From positions 28,766 through 92,765 of the IMG/VR virus record IMGVR_UViG_3300037067_024922: a stretch of 64,000 nt of DNA; one strand, 5' to 3'. This stretch comes from a virus. Its lineage: Duplodnaviria; Caudoviricetes. Of the stretch, positions 9,971 to 19,249 are shown piece by piece. Numbering within the stretch: the first letter of the stretch is position 1; every line of letters begins with the position of its first letter. The translations under genes and the position numbers were made by a program. Under the pieces are notes generated by a model. The model was not told where the DNA came from and searched no databases. It saw nothing but the letters and a program-made list of their open reading frames with translations.

Positions 9971-10696
9971 ATGAGAGCAGTTTTGATTGGATATGGCGAG
10001 GTTGGGAAAGGACTGTACGAAGTTCTTTCTTTCTATCACGAGATGGCGATTCATGATCCTGACCTTGAGTATTTGGCGTATGATGATTTTCTTGATCCCG
10101 ACCTGCTTCTTATTTCCATTCCATACAACGAGAAATTTATTGAGGTGGTGGGGAGATATCAATCATATTTTAAGCCAAAAGCGACAGTTGTTTTTTCCTC
10201 CGTCCCTGTCGGTACGTGCTCTTACCTTGGCGCAATACATTCTCCGATTGAAGGTCAACACGATAATATGGCCAAGTCAATCCGGGCATTCCCAAGATGG
10301 ATTGGAGGAGGAAGAGATTACTGGGAAATAGATCTTGCAGTAAATTTCTTCCTTCAAGCAGGATTGAAAATTGTAAGGGTTCAATCGGCGGACATAACAG
10401 AGTTCCTGAAACTTCAATCCACCACCATCTATGGCATCAACATTGAGTGGGCAAGGTACTGTAAGCAGGTGCTTGATAGTCTTGGGGCAGGTTATGAGAT
10501 GCTAAAAGATTACAATCGGCATTATAACAAGCTTGTCATGGAGAATGGGCAATGGGAATATCAGCGTTGCAATCTTGGTCCTCCTCCGGGGAAGATAGGA
10601 GGACATTGTGTTCTTCCCAATGCAAAGTTGCTGCAAAAGGGGTTTGGCCATTCATTTATACAGACGGTTTTGGATCTGAATGAGGCGAAGGAATGA
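9971..10696 (+). CDS. UDP-glucose/GDP-mannose dehydrogenase family protein (short form)
   Basis: IGYGEVG Rossmann motif, SSVPVGT, HSP, EFLKL, GKIGGHCV catalytic Cys motif; lacks the usual C-terminal UDP-binding domain. Confidence 0.85.
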   Translation: MRAVLIGYGEVGKGLYEVLSFYHEMAIHDPDLEYLAYDDFLDPDLLLISIPYNEKFIEVVGRYQSYFKPKATVVFSSVPVGTCSYLGAIHSPIEGQHDNMAKSIRAFPRWIGGGRDYWEIDLAVNFFLQAGLKIVRVQSADITEFLKLQSTTIYGINIEWARYCKQVLDSLGAGYEMLKDYNRHYNKLVMENGQWEYQRCNLGPPPGKIGGHCVLPNAKLLQKGFGHSFIQTVLDLNEAKE

Positions 10697-11136
10697 TCAA
10701 GGAATTTCAAGGTGAGTACAGATGGCTGAGTAATTTTTATCCCGTGGCTATACGATTTCAAGGCTGGTTATTTCCTTCGGTTGAACATGCTTATCAATCG
10801 GCCAAGTCAGATGACATTCACTGGAAGAGATTCTGTTTAAATCCTGATGTAAGAGCCGGAGAGGTGAAAAAGAGGTCGCATCATATCGCCGTAGTGCCAG
10901 GTTGGCGACAAGGTCGTTTGAAAATAATGGAGGAACTTGTAGATCTAAAATATGATCAGGAGCCTTTTAAGTCAAAACTGCTCGCTACGATGGAGGAGCA
11001 TATACAGGAAGGGAACTTCTGGTATGACACATTTTGGGGTGTTGATTTGAGAACAGGTCGGGGTGAGAATAATCTCGGCAAGATCATAATGGAGAAGAGA
11101 CAAAGACTGCAATACGTCTCATCGCAGGAGAGCTAA
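10693..11136 (+). CDS. NADAR (YbiA-like) family protein
   Basis: WLSNFYP, FPSVEHAYQSAK, LLAT, EGNFWYDTFWGV, GENNLGKIIM. Confidence 0.9.
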   Translation: MIKEFQGEYRWLSNFYPVAIRFQGWLFPSVEHAYQSAKSDDIHWKRFCLNPDVRAGEVKKRSHHIAVVPGWRQGRLKIMEELVDLKYDQEPFKSKLLATMEEHIQEGNFWYDTFWGVDLRTGRGENNLGKIIMEKRQRLQYVSSQES

Positions 11137-11137
11137 A

Positions 11138-11320
11138 ATGGATGTAAGTTCTGTTAGTAAAAATTCGATTAAAATTTTGGACTTTTTAAAAGGAACAGAT
11201 CTCAAGCCTGACGAGAAAATCGCCGCTCTTGATGTCGCATCGGCAACTATCAGGGCTGCTTTGTCCGCAGAAACCTTGAAGATTATGTGTGCAAACATTT
11301 TAGGAGGGAGACCGACATGA
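11138..11320 (+). CDS. Hypothetical protein
   Basis: GGAG RBS; tightly packed in operon. Confidence 0.5.
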   Translation: MDVSSVSKNSIKILDFLKGTDLKPDEKIAALDVASATIRAALSAETLKIMCANILGGRPT

Positions 11321-11571
11321 GCCGTTTGATTTTGATGTACCCAATTCCTTTTATTGAGGCCAATTGCATTTATGCCAAGACACAGAGGAAGTATTTGCCT
11401 TTGCCTGCTTATCGGCAGGAAGATGGTACGGTGACAACTTGCTGGAAGATGGGATTTCTGGAAAGACTGGAAGTCCTGTTATCGGGCAGAGTGTGGTTAA
11501 GTGTATCAACCTTTAATCAGCCCTTGCAGCCTTTGAGAATGATGATCAGGTCCCGGTTTAGGAGCCTGTAA
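11317..11571 (+). CDS. Hypothetical phage protein
   Basis: YAKTQRKYLPLPAY...TTCWK...TFNQPLQP; ATGA coupling. Confidence 0.6.
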   Translation: MSRLILMYPIPFIEANCIYAKTQRKYLPLPAYRQEDGTVTTCWKMGFLERLEVLLSGRVWLSVSTFNQPLQPLRMMIRSRFRSL

Positions 11572-11701
11572 AAAAGAGGCGAAAGGTAAAAATGAATGCA
11601 GGTGTGTTTCAGGAGGTGCAAAAACTTCTTCATGTTCTCAGATTACAAAAAGATGGCGAGCCTATAAATGTTCAATTACTTTCAGGAAGGAAAATTGTTT
11701 T

Positions 11702-12673
11702 ATGAATATAGCAATCATATCAGATTTTAACATTGGTGGCCAGCCAACAGCATTGATGAGGGCCATCAATAAATACACGGCTCATAAGGCTCGTTGTATC
11801 ATTGCTTACGATGATGGTTTTCAATACGATAAGGATATCATCCTCAATACGCCAGAGGCAAAAGAGGAGGCTGCTGAATGGTGCAGGCATGCTGACTTCT
11901 TTCATTTTGGTCGCATGATATTCAACTGGCCGGGAATTGATTTTAATACCCTTGTGAATTTTGATAATTGCTGTGTTAAATACTATGGTTCAGAGCTTCG
12001 GGATAATTTTGGGATAATCAGGAATTTCCATGAGAGGACAGGAGTTGTAGCAATCACAGGTACGGATTGGACAATCACCGGGAGATTGCCCAGTTCGTTT
12101 TATCATCTTGGTTCTTATTTCACGAAGTATGGGGACATGGATGAGAAAGACATCCCTTTGTGTGATCAGGGAGATCTCCTAAGGATTTGTGCGGGCTCTG
12201 CCGGATCTCCATTGAAGGGGTATGATTTGCTGCATCAGATTCTGAATGAGTCGAAGCAGGATATTGAATGGGAATTTATATCGCAGGTTTCAAATCAGGT
12301 CTGTCTTGAGAGGAAGCTGAAACACAATTGCACATTTACTTCTGTTCATGGGGGCTGGGGGATCAGCGGGATCGAGAGTATGTATCAGGGGCATGTGGTG
12401 TTGAGCTGTCTTGACCCTTGGATAATGTCAATGTATCCTGACAATCCAACCATCATTGTAACGAAAGACACCTTGAAGGGGAAGCTGAGGAATATGGCGG
12501 CTTGTCCTGAAATGAGACGATTGATCGGTCGGGAGAGCCGGGAATTCGCAATCAAAAATTTCAGCACCAAGACCATTTTGAAGAAATATCTGTACCTGAT
12601 TGATCTGATCATGAATAGGAAAAAGTATCTTGATGGAGGAAGTGTTCCGTCCATCATTTACAATGAGTTTTGA
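11702..12673 (+). CDS. GT-B fold glycosyltransferase (GT4-like)
   Basis: N-terminal IGG loop, YYGSELR, LKGYDLL, GWGISGIESMYQGHVV (E-x-M-x-x-G motif), C-terminal GRESREFAIKNFS. Confidence 0.75.
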   Translation: MNIAIISDFNIGGQPTALMRAINKYTAHKARCIIAYDDGFQYDKDIILNTPEAKEEAAEWCRHADFFHFGRMIFNWPGIDFNTLVNFDNCCVKYYGSELRDNFGIIRNFHERTGVVAITGTDWTITGRLPSSFYHLGSYFTKYGDMDEKDIPLCDQGDLLRICAGSAGSPLKGYDLLHQILNESKQDIEWEFISQVSNQVCLERKLKHNCTFTSVHGGWGISGIESMYQGHVVLSCLDPWIMSMYPDNPTIIVTKDTLKGKLRNMAACPEMRRLIGRESREFAIKNFSTKTILKKYLYLIDLIMNRKKYLDGGSVPSIIYNEF

Positions 12674-12683
12674 GTGAGACAAA

Positions 12684-12720
12684 AAATATCTTTTACTGTT
12701 ATTGAGAATAAGGTTATAAT
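12684..12720 (+). promoter_or_regulatory. Promoter with AATATCTTTT upstream motif
   Basis: TTTACT-N17-TATAAT preceded by AAATATC; same arrangement at 17523-17558, 25169-25204 and 62719-62751. Confidence 0.55.
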
Positions 12721-12776
12721 AATAAAAAGAGGTTGAATATGGTTTTGATAAACAACAAGAAAGGAGGTAAGGGTAG

Positions 12777-13151
12777 ATGAAGAAAGTATGTTTTATGTTT
12801 TTGCTTCTCGTGATGGTGTTTGCCATTTTCGCGGGAACGGTGTGGGGACATAATGCCCCGATTGTCGTTGGCCAGGAGCAGGCCGTTGGTGCCTCTCCGC
12901 CCTGTCAGAATAATCTGACAACCTTAACTTATTTGAGCTCCGAATTTCAGCTGTCGGCACGAGAGTATGTCAAGGTCCTCTCGGCTTCGGCTCTTTCTCC
13001 GATGGCCATTGCATATGTGTCCTGTTCTTTGATGATAGCAGGATCGCATATTGCAGTCCCCATTTCGAAAGACAATTTATTTTATAGAAATCCAGACCGG
13101 CTTCGGGTCGCCTGCGGTGCCTTTAACTGCAACTGTCGAAACTGTATCTGA
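12777..13151 (+). CDS. Secreted protein with Cys-rich C-terminus
   Basis: Signal peptide, AAAGGAGG RBS, own promoter and terminator; ends CGAFNCNCRNCI. Confidence 0.6.
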   Translation: MKKVCFMFLLLVMVFAIFAGTVWGHNAPIVVGQEQAVGASPPCQNNLTTLTYLSSEFQLSAREYVKVLSASALSPMAIAYVSCSLMIAGSHIAVPISKDNLFYRNPDRLRVACGAFNCNCRNCI

Positions 13152-13189
13152 GTCAATGCCATAGAGATATGCTCTGTGGCGGACAACCA

Positions 13190-13227
13190 AGGAAGGGGAG
13201 AAGGGGGAAATCTCCCCTTCCTGTTTT
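13190..13227 (+). terminator. Intrinsic terminator
   Basis: AGGAAGGGGAGA/TCTCCCCTTCCT stem followed by GTTTT. Confidence 0.7.
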
Positions 13228-13257
13228 ATAAACCAGATTCTTTCCGGGAGAAATAAA

Positions 13258-13767
13258 ATGTCATCAATCACAGTACAGCAATCCTCTACCACAGAATCTT
13301 CCTGTCCCAAAGATCCAATCATTCATTCCGCTACACAAATTTGGCATCCTCATCTTTGCAATATTTATGGCAATTGTATTATAGGCGCTCATTGTAACAT
13401 AGGTGCTTTTGTTGAAATCGGTCCTGGCGTTATCATTAAAGATTGGGTCAGGATTGGAGCCCATTGTTTTATACCAGAAGGGGTTACGATTGAGGAGGAT
13501 TGTTTTGTTGGGCCGGGAACTATTTTTTGTAACGATAGATATCCTCCTGGAGGAAAAGAGGCGTGGAGGCCTGTTCTCGTAAGGAAAAAGGCCAGTATCG
13601 GAGCAGGATCGGTTATTCTTCCGGGCGTGGAAATAGGGGAAGGTGCGATGATTGGCGCAGGGACAGTTGTGACAAGGAATATCCCTGCTGGATGGAGAGT
13701 TGTTGGCAATCCGGCCAGAAGAATATTGCCCCATATTATGAATTGTGAGAAGGGAGAAATTGTGTGA
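13258..13767 (+). CDS. Left-handed beta-helix N-acyltransferase (WbpD/WlbB/WxcM-like)
   Basis: Hexapeptide repeats, IWH, FCNDRYP, VVGNPAR. Confidence 0.9.
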   Translation: MSSITVQQSSTTESSCPKDPIIHSATQIWHPHLCNIYGNCIIGAHCNIGAFVEIGPGVIIKDWVRIGAHCFIPEGVTIEEDCFVGPGTIFCNDRYPPGGKEAWRPVLVRKKASIGAGSVILPGVEIGEGAMIGAGTVVTRNIPAGWRVVGNPARRILPHIMNCEKGEIV

Positions 13768-14939
13768 TACCATTCATAAAGCCATATTATGATGACGACG
13801 ATTTTAATGCAATCAAGCAGGTTCTTCAATCAGGTTGGGTTGCCCAAGGCCCAAAGGTAGAAGAATTTGAAGAAGCAGCAGCAAAGTATCTTGGCTGTAA
13901 ATATACGATCAGTGTATCCAATTGCACTACGGCATTGACATTGGCTTTGATGGCATTGGAGATTGGGCCGGGAGATGAGGTGATTGTGCCTGATTTTACA
14001 TTCCCCGCCACTGTGATTGCTGTTACAAATGTTGGGGCAACTCCTGTGCTGGTCGATGTCAATAGAGAAAATTACAACGTCTCTCCTCAGATGGTGGCTT
14101 TGGCAATCACAAGAAAAACAAAGGCCATTATTCCTGTTCATTTGTTTGGGCTGTCCTGTAACATGCACGAAATAAACAGCTTGGCGAGTACTTATGGCCT
14201 CTATGTGATTGAAGATGCCGCCTGTTCTCTTGGTACGGAAATAGATGTTTATGGCAGTGAAGACGAGGACCAATTAAAAGCAGGGACAATGAGTGATATA
14301 GGCTGTTTCTCTTTACAGGCCAGCAAAGGTATAACGACCGGAGAGGGTGGCCTTATTTGTACTAATGATTATGTGCTTGCAGACAGGATGAGAAGGCTAT
14401 CGTGCTTTGGTGATGAACGAACATTTCGCAGATCTTTATTCAAACAGATTAATTCTGCGGATGCTCCTTTCTATTTTGATCCCAAGGCAGGCAATTATAA
14501 AATGTCTGATATCACGGCGGCTCTTGCTTTGTCGCAACTGCGCAAGATCGAAAAGATGATAGATTGGAGAATTAAAATTGCCAAAGAATGGGATGAAGTG
14601 GTTAATGGAGATCCATTCTTGCGTTCGGTCATCATTTCCAAACCGGAGATCATGACAGATCATTCTCATATTTATCAATCATATGTTATGGTCTGCCAGC
14701 AGGGAAAACGACCGCTGGTTATGGAGTATTTCAAAGAGCATGGGTTTCAGACCGGGATTGGAACCCATGCCTGTAGTCGATATCCGAATTTGATGGAAAG
14801 ACAATCAAAAGGACAAGAAAGATTGCCGCCGATTCTTGATTGTGGAGTTTCAAATTATCTTTATGAAAATGCAATTTCGCTTCCGAGATATTATGGTCTT
14901 GAGGTTTTGAGGGAATGGAAGAAGGCAAAGCTAAAATAA
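13764..14939 (+). CDS. DegT/DnrJ/EryC1/StrS sugar aminotransferase
   Basis: GWVAQGPKV, VSNCTTAL, FTFPAT, VHLFG, IEDAA, SKGITTGEGG PLP-lysine motif. Confidence 0.95.
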   Translation: MIPFIKPYYDDDDFNAIKQVLQSGWVAQGPKVEEFEEAAAKYLGCKYTISVSNCTTALTLALMALEIGPGDEVIVPDFTFPATVIAVTNVGATPVLVDVNRENYNVSPQMVALAITRKTKAIIPVHLFGLSCNMHEINSLASTYGLYVIEDAACSLGTEIDVYGSEDEDQLKAGTMSDIGCFSLQASKGITTGEGGLICTNDYVLADRMRRLSCFGDERTFRRSLFKQINSADAPFYFDPKAGNYKMSDITAALALSQLRKIEKMIDWRIKIAKEWDEVVNGDPFLRSVIISKPEIMTDHSHIYQSYVMVCQQGKRPLVMEYFKEHGFQTGIGTHACSRYPNLMERQSKGQERLPPILDCGVSNYLYENAISLPRYYGLEVLREWKKAKLK

Positions 14940-15081
14940 GAAAGAAGAAAATCCCCAAAAGCAATTATTGTGCATTTTCCCATAATTGTGACAAAGAGAT
15001 AAACTGCAGAGATGGGAATTTCTGCTCTGTTTTTCAGCACACAAAACTTTTCACAAGTCTTAGATTTGAAGGAGAAAAGAG

Positions 15082-15369
15082 ATGCCAAGTCCGGAAGAAA
15101 TGACTGTAGAGTATTTCAGGCTGATGCAAATAGCAGGCCGTCAGATCAGCCTGTCTACTACAGGCCACTTGTGGTTTTCTGAGAGAGAGTGGTGGATATT
15201 GCATGATCGTGGCCGGGATAGAACCTTCGGGATATTGGCAGATGGGAGAATCATTGAATATACAGAGATGATCTCCTTTGAAGCAATCATGGAAAATCCA
15301 GGAGACGTTTGCGGGTTTGCAGATGCAAGGTATTTGGGGATTGGCGAATTTCATCACTGGGAGAAATGA
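15082..15369 (+). CDS. Hypothetical protein
   Basis: AAGGAG RBS. Confidence 0.55.
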   Translation: MPSPEEMTVEYFRLMQIAGRQISLSTTGHLWFSEREWWILHDRGRDRTFGILADGRIIEYTEMISFEAIMENPGDVCGFADARYLGIGEFHHWEK

Positions 15370-15371
15370 CA

Positions 15372-16310
15372 ATGAAAAGAGCTCTGGTTGTTGGTGGCGC
15401 TGGATTTATAGGCAGCCATCTTGTTGATGCCCTGTTAAAGGAAGGGATAAAGGTATGCGTGGTTGATAATCTCTTTCTCGGCAAGGCTTCTAATTTGTCA
15501 AAAGAGGTTATGCTGCTCAGGATTGATGCTTGCAAAATTCATGCCCTTGATCAAGTCATATTGCAATTCAAGCCGGATACAATCTACAATCTTGCGGTGA
15601 TGCCTCTTCCCCATTCCATTGGCCGTCCTTACGAAAATGTCAGGACCAATATTAAGATCGTCCAGAATCTATGCGAGATCATGAAAGATGGCATTGTTAA
15701 AACTCTGATACAGTTTTCCTCTTCTGAGGTTTATGGGTCAGCCAAATATGAACCAATGTGCGAAGATCATCCTTGGAGGGCATCGACTCCGTATGCAGCC
15801 AGCAAGGCGGCAGGAGACATGATTTGCCTTTCATATTACAGGACATTTGGTTGTGATATCAAGATCCTTCGCCCATTCAACAATTATGGCCCTCGACAGA
15901 ATGCGGGATCATATGCCGGAATAATTCCAATTACAATAAACAGGATACGCAATGGAATGCCGCCGATTATTTTTGGGGACGGTCTTCAAACAAGGGATTA
16001 TATTTATGTCAAGGATACTGCGAGAGCAGCTGTGATGATTGGAAAAATGGAAGGGCTGAAAGGCGAGGTGATCAATATTGCCTCTGGCCATGACTATTCA
16101 ATCTTTTGGCTGGTTAAGGAGATCATGAGATTGATGCAGCATATAACTCCTTCTGTCGGTGAAATTGAATATCAGCCAGCCCGTTCAGGAGATATTCGGC
16201 GACATATCGCAAATGTTTTGAAGGCGAAAGATTTATTAGGATTTGAGCATCAGGTATCAATGGAAGAAGGCTTGGTAGGGACTATCGATTGGTACTTGAA
16301 AAATGGATAA
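15372..16310 (+). CDS. NAD-dependent nucleotide-sugar epimerase/dehydratase (extended SDR)
   Basis: GGAGFIG, SSSEVYG, YAASK, RPFNNYGPRQ, GDGLQTRDYIYV. Confidence 0.95.
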   Translation: MKRALVVGGAGFIGSHLVDALLKEGIKVCVVDNLFLGKASNLSKEVMLLRIDACKIHALDQVILQFKPDTIYNLAVMPLPHSIGRPYENVRTNIKIVQNLCEIMKDGIVKTLIQFSSSEVYGSAKYEPMCEDHPWRASTPYAASKAAGDMICLSYYRTFGCDIKILRPFNNYGPRQNAGSYAGIIPITINRIRNGMPPIIFGDGLQTRDYIYVKDTARAAVMIGKMEGLKGEVINIASGHDYSIFWLVKEIMRLMQHITPSVGEIEYQPARSGDIRRHIANVLKAKDLLGFEHQVSMEEGLVGTIDWYLKNG

Positions 16311-17520
16311 GCCAATATTTTGTATCACAAGTGATATCGACTGGGCAAGGTCTTCACACACAAAGTATCTGATAGATTTTTTTGAAAGGTTTGGAATAAC
16401 CCCTACTCTGTTTGCTACTCATAATTGTCCTGTTGTGAATGCTTTCCTTGAATCTCATCCAAACGATGTTGGTATTCATCCAAACTTCCGCGTAAATTCA
16501 ACCCACGGGAAGGACATGGTCTCTGTTATTGACCATATGTTTGGGTTGTATCCGAACGTTAAGGTCTTTCGTTCTCATGCATTTTATGATAGCGCTGATA
16601 TATGGCAGGAGATGGTCAAGAGAGGAATCAGGTACGATAGCAACATCTGTCTTTATTTACAGAGAGACATCGTCCCATTGAAGTTAAGCGTTCCTGGACT
16701 TATTCGTTTCCCTGTATTTTGGGAGGATGATGATCACTGGGCTAACGCGACTGATTGGAATTTTTATCATTTCAAAGACCAGTTTATGACTCCCGGGTTG
16801 AAGATAATAAATGTGCATCCCTCCTGGCTTTGGCTTTCTTTTAGCTGTCCTTCGTCTGAGCATATACATCACATGAAAGAGCTCAAGACTTTTCTTGAGA
16901 ATATGATACGATTTGTGCAGTCACAAGGATTTATATTCCATACATTGAATGAAATATATGATATGCATATTCGTCCGAAGGCGGTTGCATTTGTATCATG
17001 CCAGCGACCATCACAGAATATAGATTTGACTGCCAGGATCAGTACCTCGGTTATTATAGGTAGGAATGTCGTGATAGGTCCGAATTGTACGATTGGTTAT
17101 GACGGGTTTGGGTTCGAAAGGAACGTTGAGAATGTTCCTGTGTACATTGAGCACAAAGGAATTGTTGTAATAGGGGACCATGTTGCAATCCAGTCTAACA
17201 CTAATGTGGATAGGGCGGAAGGAAAAGATGAGGCTACAACAATTGGAAGTTATACAAAGATTGATAGCCTTGTCCATATCGCCCATAATGATCATATTGG
17301 AGAGAGGAATCTCATTGCAGCAGGGGCAATCTTTAGCGGAGAGGTTTCTGTTGGTGACGATAATATGTTTGGTGTAAATTGCACAATAAAACCATCTATA
17401 AAAATAGGTAACCGCAACTTGATAGGCTCTGGTTCGGTTGTTATCTGTGATATAGGAGATGATGAGGTGTGGGCGGGCAACCCTGCCAGGAAGTTGCGAG
17501 ACAATGAGTTTTTTAAGTAA
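16303..17520 (+). CDS. Fusion of a WbmS-like polysaccharide deacetylase and an LpxD-like beta-helix acyltransferase
   Basis: N-terminal TSDIDWA, GIHPNF, RSH, FWEDD, NVHP; C-terminal GYDGFGF, TKIDSLVHIAHND, AGNPAR. Confidence 0.8.
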   Translation: MDKPIFCITSDIDWARSSHTKYLIDFFERFGITPTLFATHNCPVVNAFLESHPNDVGIHPNFRVNSTHGKDMVSVIDHMFGLYPNVKVFRSHAFYDSADIWQEMVKRGIRYDSNICLYLQRDIVPLKLSVPGLIRFPVFWEDDDHWANATDWNFYHFKDQFMTPGLKIINVHPSWLWLSFSCPSSEHIHHMKELKTFLENMIRFVQSQGFIFHTLNEIYDMHIRPKAVAFVSCQRPSQNIDLTARISTSVIIGRNVVIGPNCTIGYDGFGFERNVENVPVYIEHKGIVVIGDHVAIQSNTNVDRAEGKDEATTIGSYTKIDSLVHIAHNDHIGERNLIAAGAIFSGEVSVGDDNMFGVNCTIKPSIKIGNRNLIGSGSVVICDIGDDEVWAGNPARKLRDNEFFK

Positions 17521-17577
17521 ATAAATATCTTTTGTGTTATAAAAAAATAAGGTAAAATCCATTCAAAAGGAGAAGGT

Positions 17578-18639
17578 ATGAAAGTCGAATTGCTCAAGAT
17601 AGAAGATCTGGATGCTTACAAGGAGTATATTCTAAAACACGAAAGGTCTTCATTTTTCTCTTCTCTTGCATTCGGAGATTTCATACGTTCCATCTGCCCC
17701 AATGTTATCCCATATTATTTTGTAGCAAAAGAGCAAGAAAAGATCGTTGGTATATTGCCGTCGTTTGTGAAAAAGGGATTTCTTGGTCCTGTTCTAAATT
17801 CTATGCCTTGGTTTGGGAGCAACCCTGGGGTCCTTGCTGATGATGATACAATTGCCATCTTTCTGCTACAAGCCTTTAAGCAAACAGCCAAATGGACAGG
17901 CTGTTATTCTTCTACATTTATTGCTCCTCCCGTTGATAATGAGATCTATGATGTCTTTTTCAAACCGGAGCAGGAAGATGATGTCTTTTCAGATATGAGG
18001 ATCGGCTTGATCACGCCTCTTCCTGAGTTCAAAGAGCCTGAGCAGTTTTCATCTGAGCTCTTAAAGAAGGTTCATCAAAAGACAAGGAATCAGATAATCA
18101 AGGCAAGCAAGGAATGCATGGTGTATGAATCCTACGGCCAGGAGGATTGGGATTTTTTAAAAACCGTTCATAAGGATAATATCCAAGCTGTTGGTGGTGT
18201 CTCTAAGAACAAGGAGTTTGATATCATACAAAAGACTCTCAGAAAAAAGATTGACTATAAACTTTACGTGGCCATTGCCGATGATGACAGCGCGACACGG
18301 ATTGGGGCTTTGTTTGTTGAGTATTTTAATAAGACGGTGGAGTACATCACACCAGCCGTCGTGTCAGAATATCGCCATTTGTGTCCAATGAATCTCTTGA
18401 TCTTCTCGGCTATGGGTGATGCTGCTCAGAAAGGGATGAAGTGGTGGAATTGGGGCGGGACAAATATTCCCCAGCAGGAAGGGCTTTATCATTTCAAAAA
18501 AAGATTTGGTGCAGAGGAATCCAAGTACAGATATTACACGCAAATCTATGGTGCGCCTCTGCTTGATATTTCCAAGAAACAGATATTGGAAGGATATCCA
18601 TTTTTTTATGTCCTTCCATTTTCTCTTTTGGGAAAATGA
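17578..18639 (+). CDS. FemAB-like / GNAT acyl- or aminoacyl-transferase
   Basis: SMPWFGS, KTRNQIIKA, WWNWGGT...GLYHFKKRFGA. Confidence 0.8.
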   Translation: MKVELLKIEDLDAYKEYILKHERSSFFSSLAFGDFIRSICPNVIPYYFVAKEQEKIVGILPSFVKKGFLGPVLNSMPWFGSNPGVLADDDTIAIFLLQAFKQTAKWTGCYSSTFIAPPVDNEIYDVFFKPEQEDDVFSDMRIGLITPLPEFKEPEQFSSELLKKVHQKTRNQIIKASKECMVYESYGQEDWDFLKTVHKDNIQAVGGVSKNKEFDIIQKTLRKKIDYKLYVAIADDDSATRIGALFVEYFNKTVEYITPAVVSEYRHLCPMNLLIFSAMGDAAQKGMKWWNWGGTNIPQQEGLYHFKKRFGAEESKYRYYTQIYGAPLLDISKKQILEGYPFFYVLPFSLLGK

Positions 18640-18790
18640 ATATGCCGGTAAGAGAGGTTCGAAGAAAAGGCAAGATAATAGGTTACAAGTGGGGGAAGAC
18701 AGGGAAGTTGTATAGAGGCAAAGGAGCAAAAGGGAAGGCATACAAGCAGGGAGCTGCGGTTAGACACTCCGGGTGGAAAGGAAAATGAAT

Positions 18791-19228
18791 ATGGCAAAAT
18801 CAACCAGTGGTGATATGGAATATCAAGGGGAGATAGAAGCGGAGGTCGGGTCGGCAGATTACAAATCCCTTATGGATGCGTTCGGGAGCGGTAAGCCTAT
18901 ACAGTACAGTGATGATCACTATACCGGACTGGTAAAAGTTATTGATCTAAAGACAAAAGCGGCGCGTATTCCCGCTCGGACTGTTTTTACTGTGTTATCT
19001 TTTGTGCAGGGTATGGCCGAGCAATGCTATTTTCACAAGGGCGTTGAAGCCCAGGTGTGGCGTGAGACGTTTGTTTTTGGGGAACCGCCACGAGTCCCGT
19101 TGTGCTGTGAATGTGCTGGAGAAGCAAGAAAGCTCCGGCTCTTGCTTTACCCTCTCAACGAGATCCACGTTGACCCTCCTGGATTCAAGATGACGGGGTG
19201 GTTTGTTGGTCCTTCAAAAATAATTTAA
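18791..19228 (+). CDS. Hypothetical protein
   Basis: Open ORF in operon context; start uncertain. Confidence 0.5.
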   Translation: MAKSTSGDMEYQGEIEAEVGSADYKSLMDAFGSGKPIQYSDDHYTGLVKVIDLKTKAARIPARTVFTVLSFVQGMAEQCYFHKGVEAQVWRETFVFGEPPRVPLCCECAGEARKLRLLLYPLNEIHVDPPGFKMTGWFVGPSKII

Positions 19229-19249
19229 AAAATAGAATTGGAGAAATCA

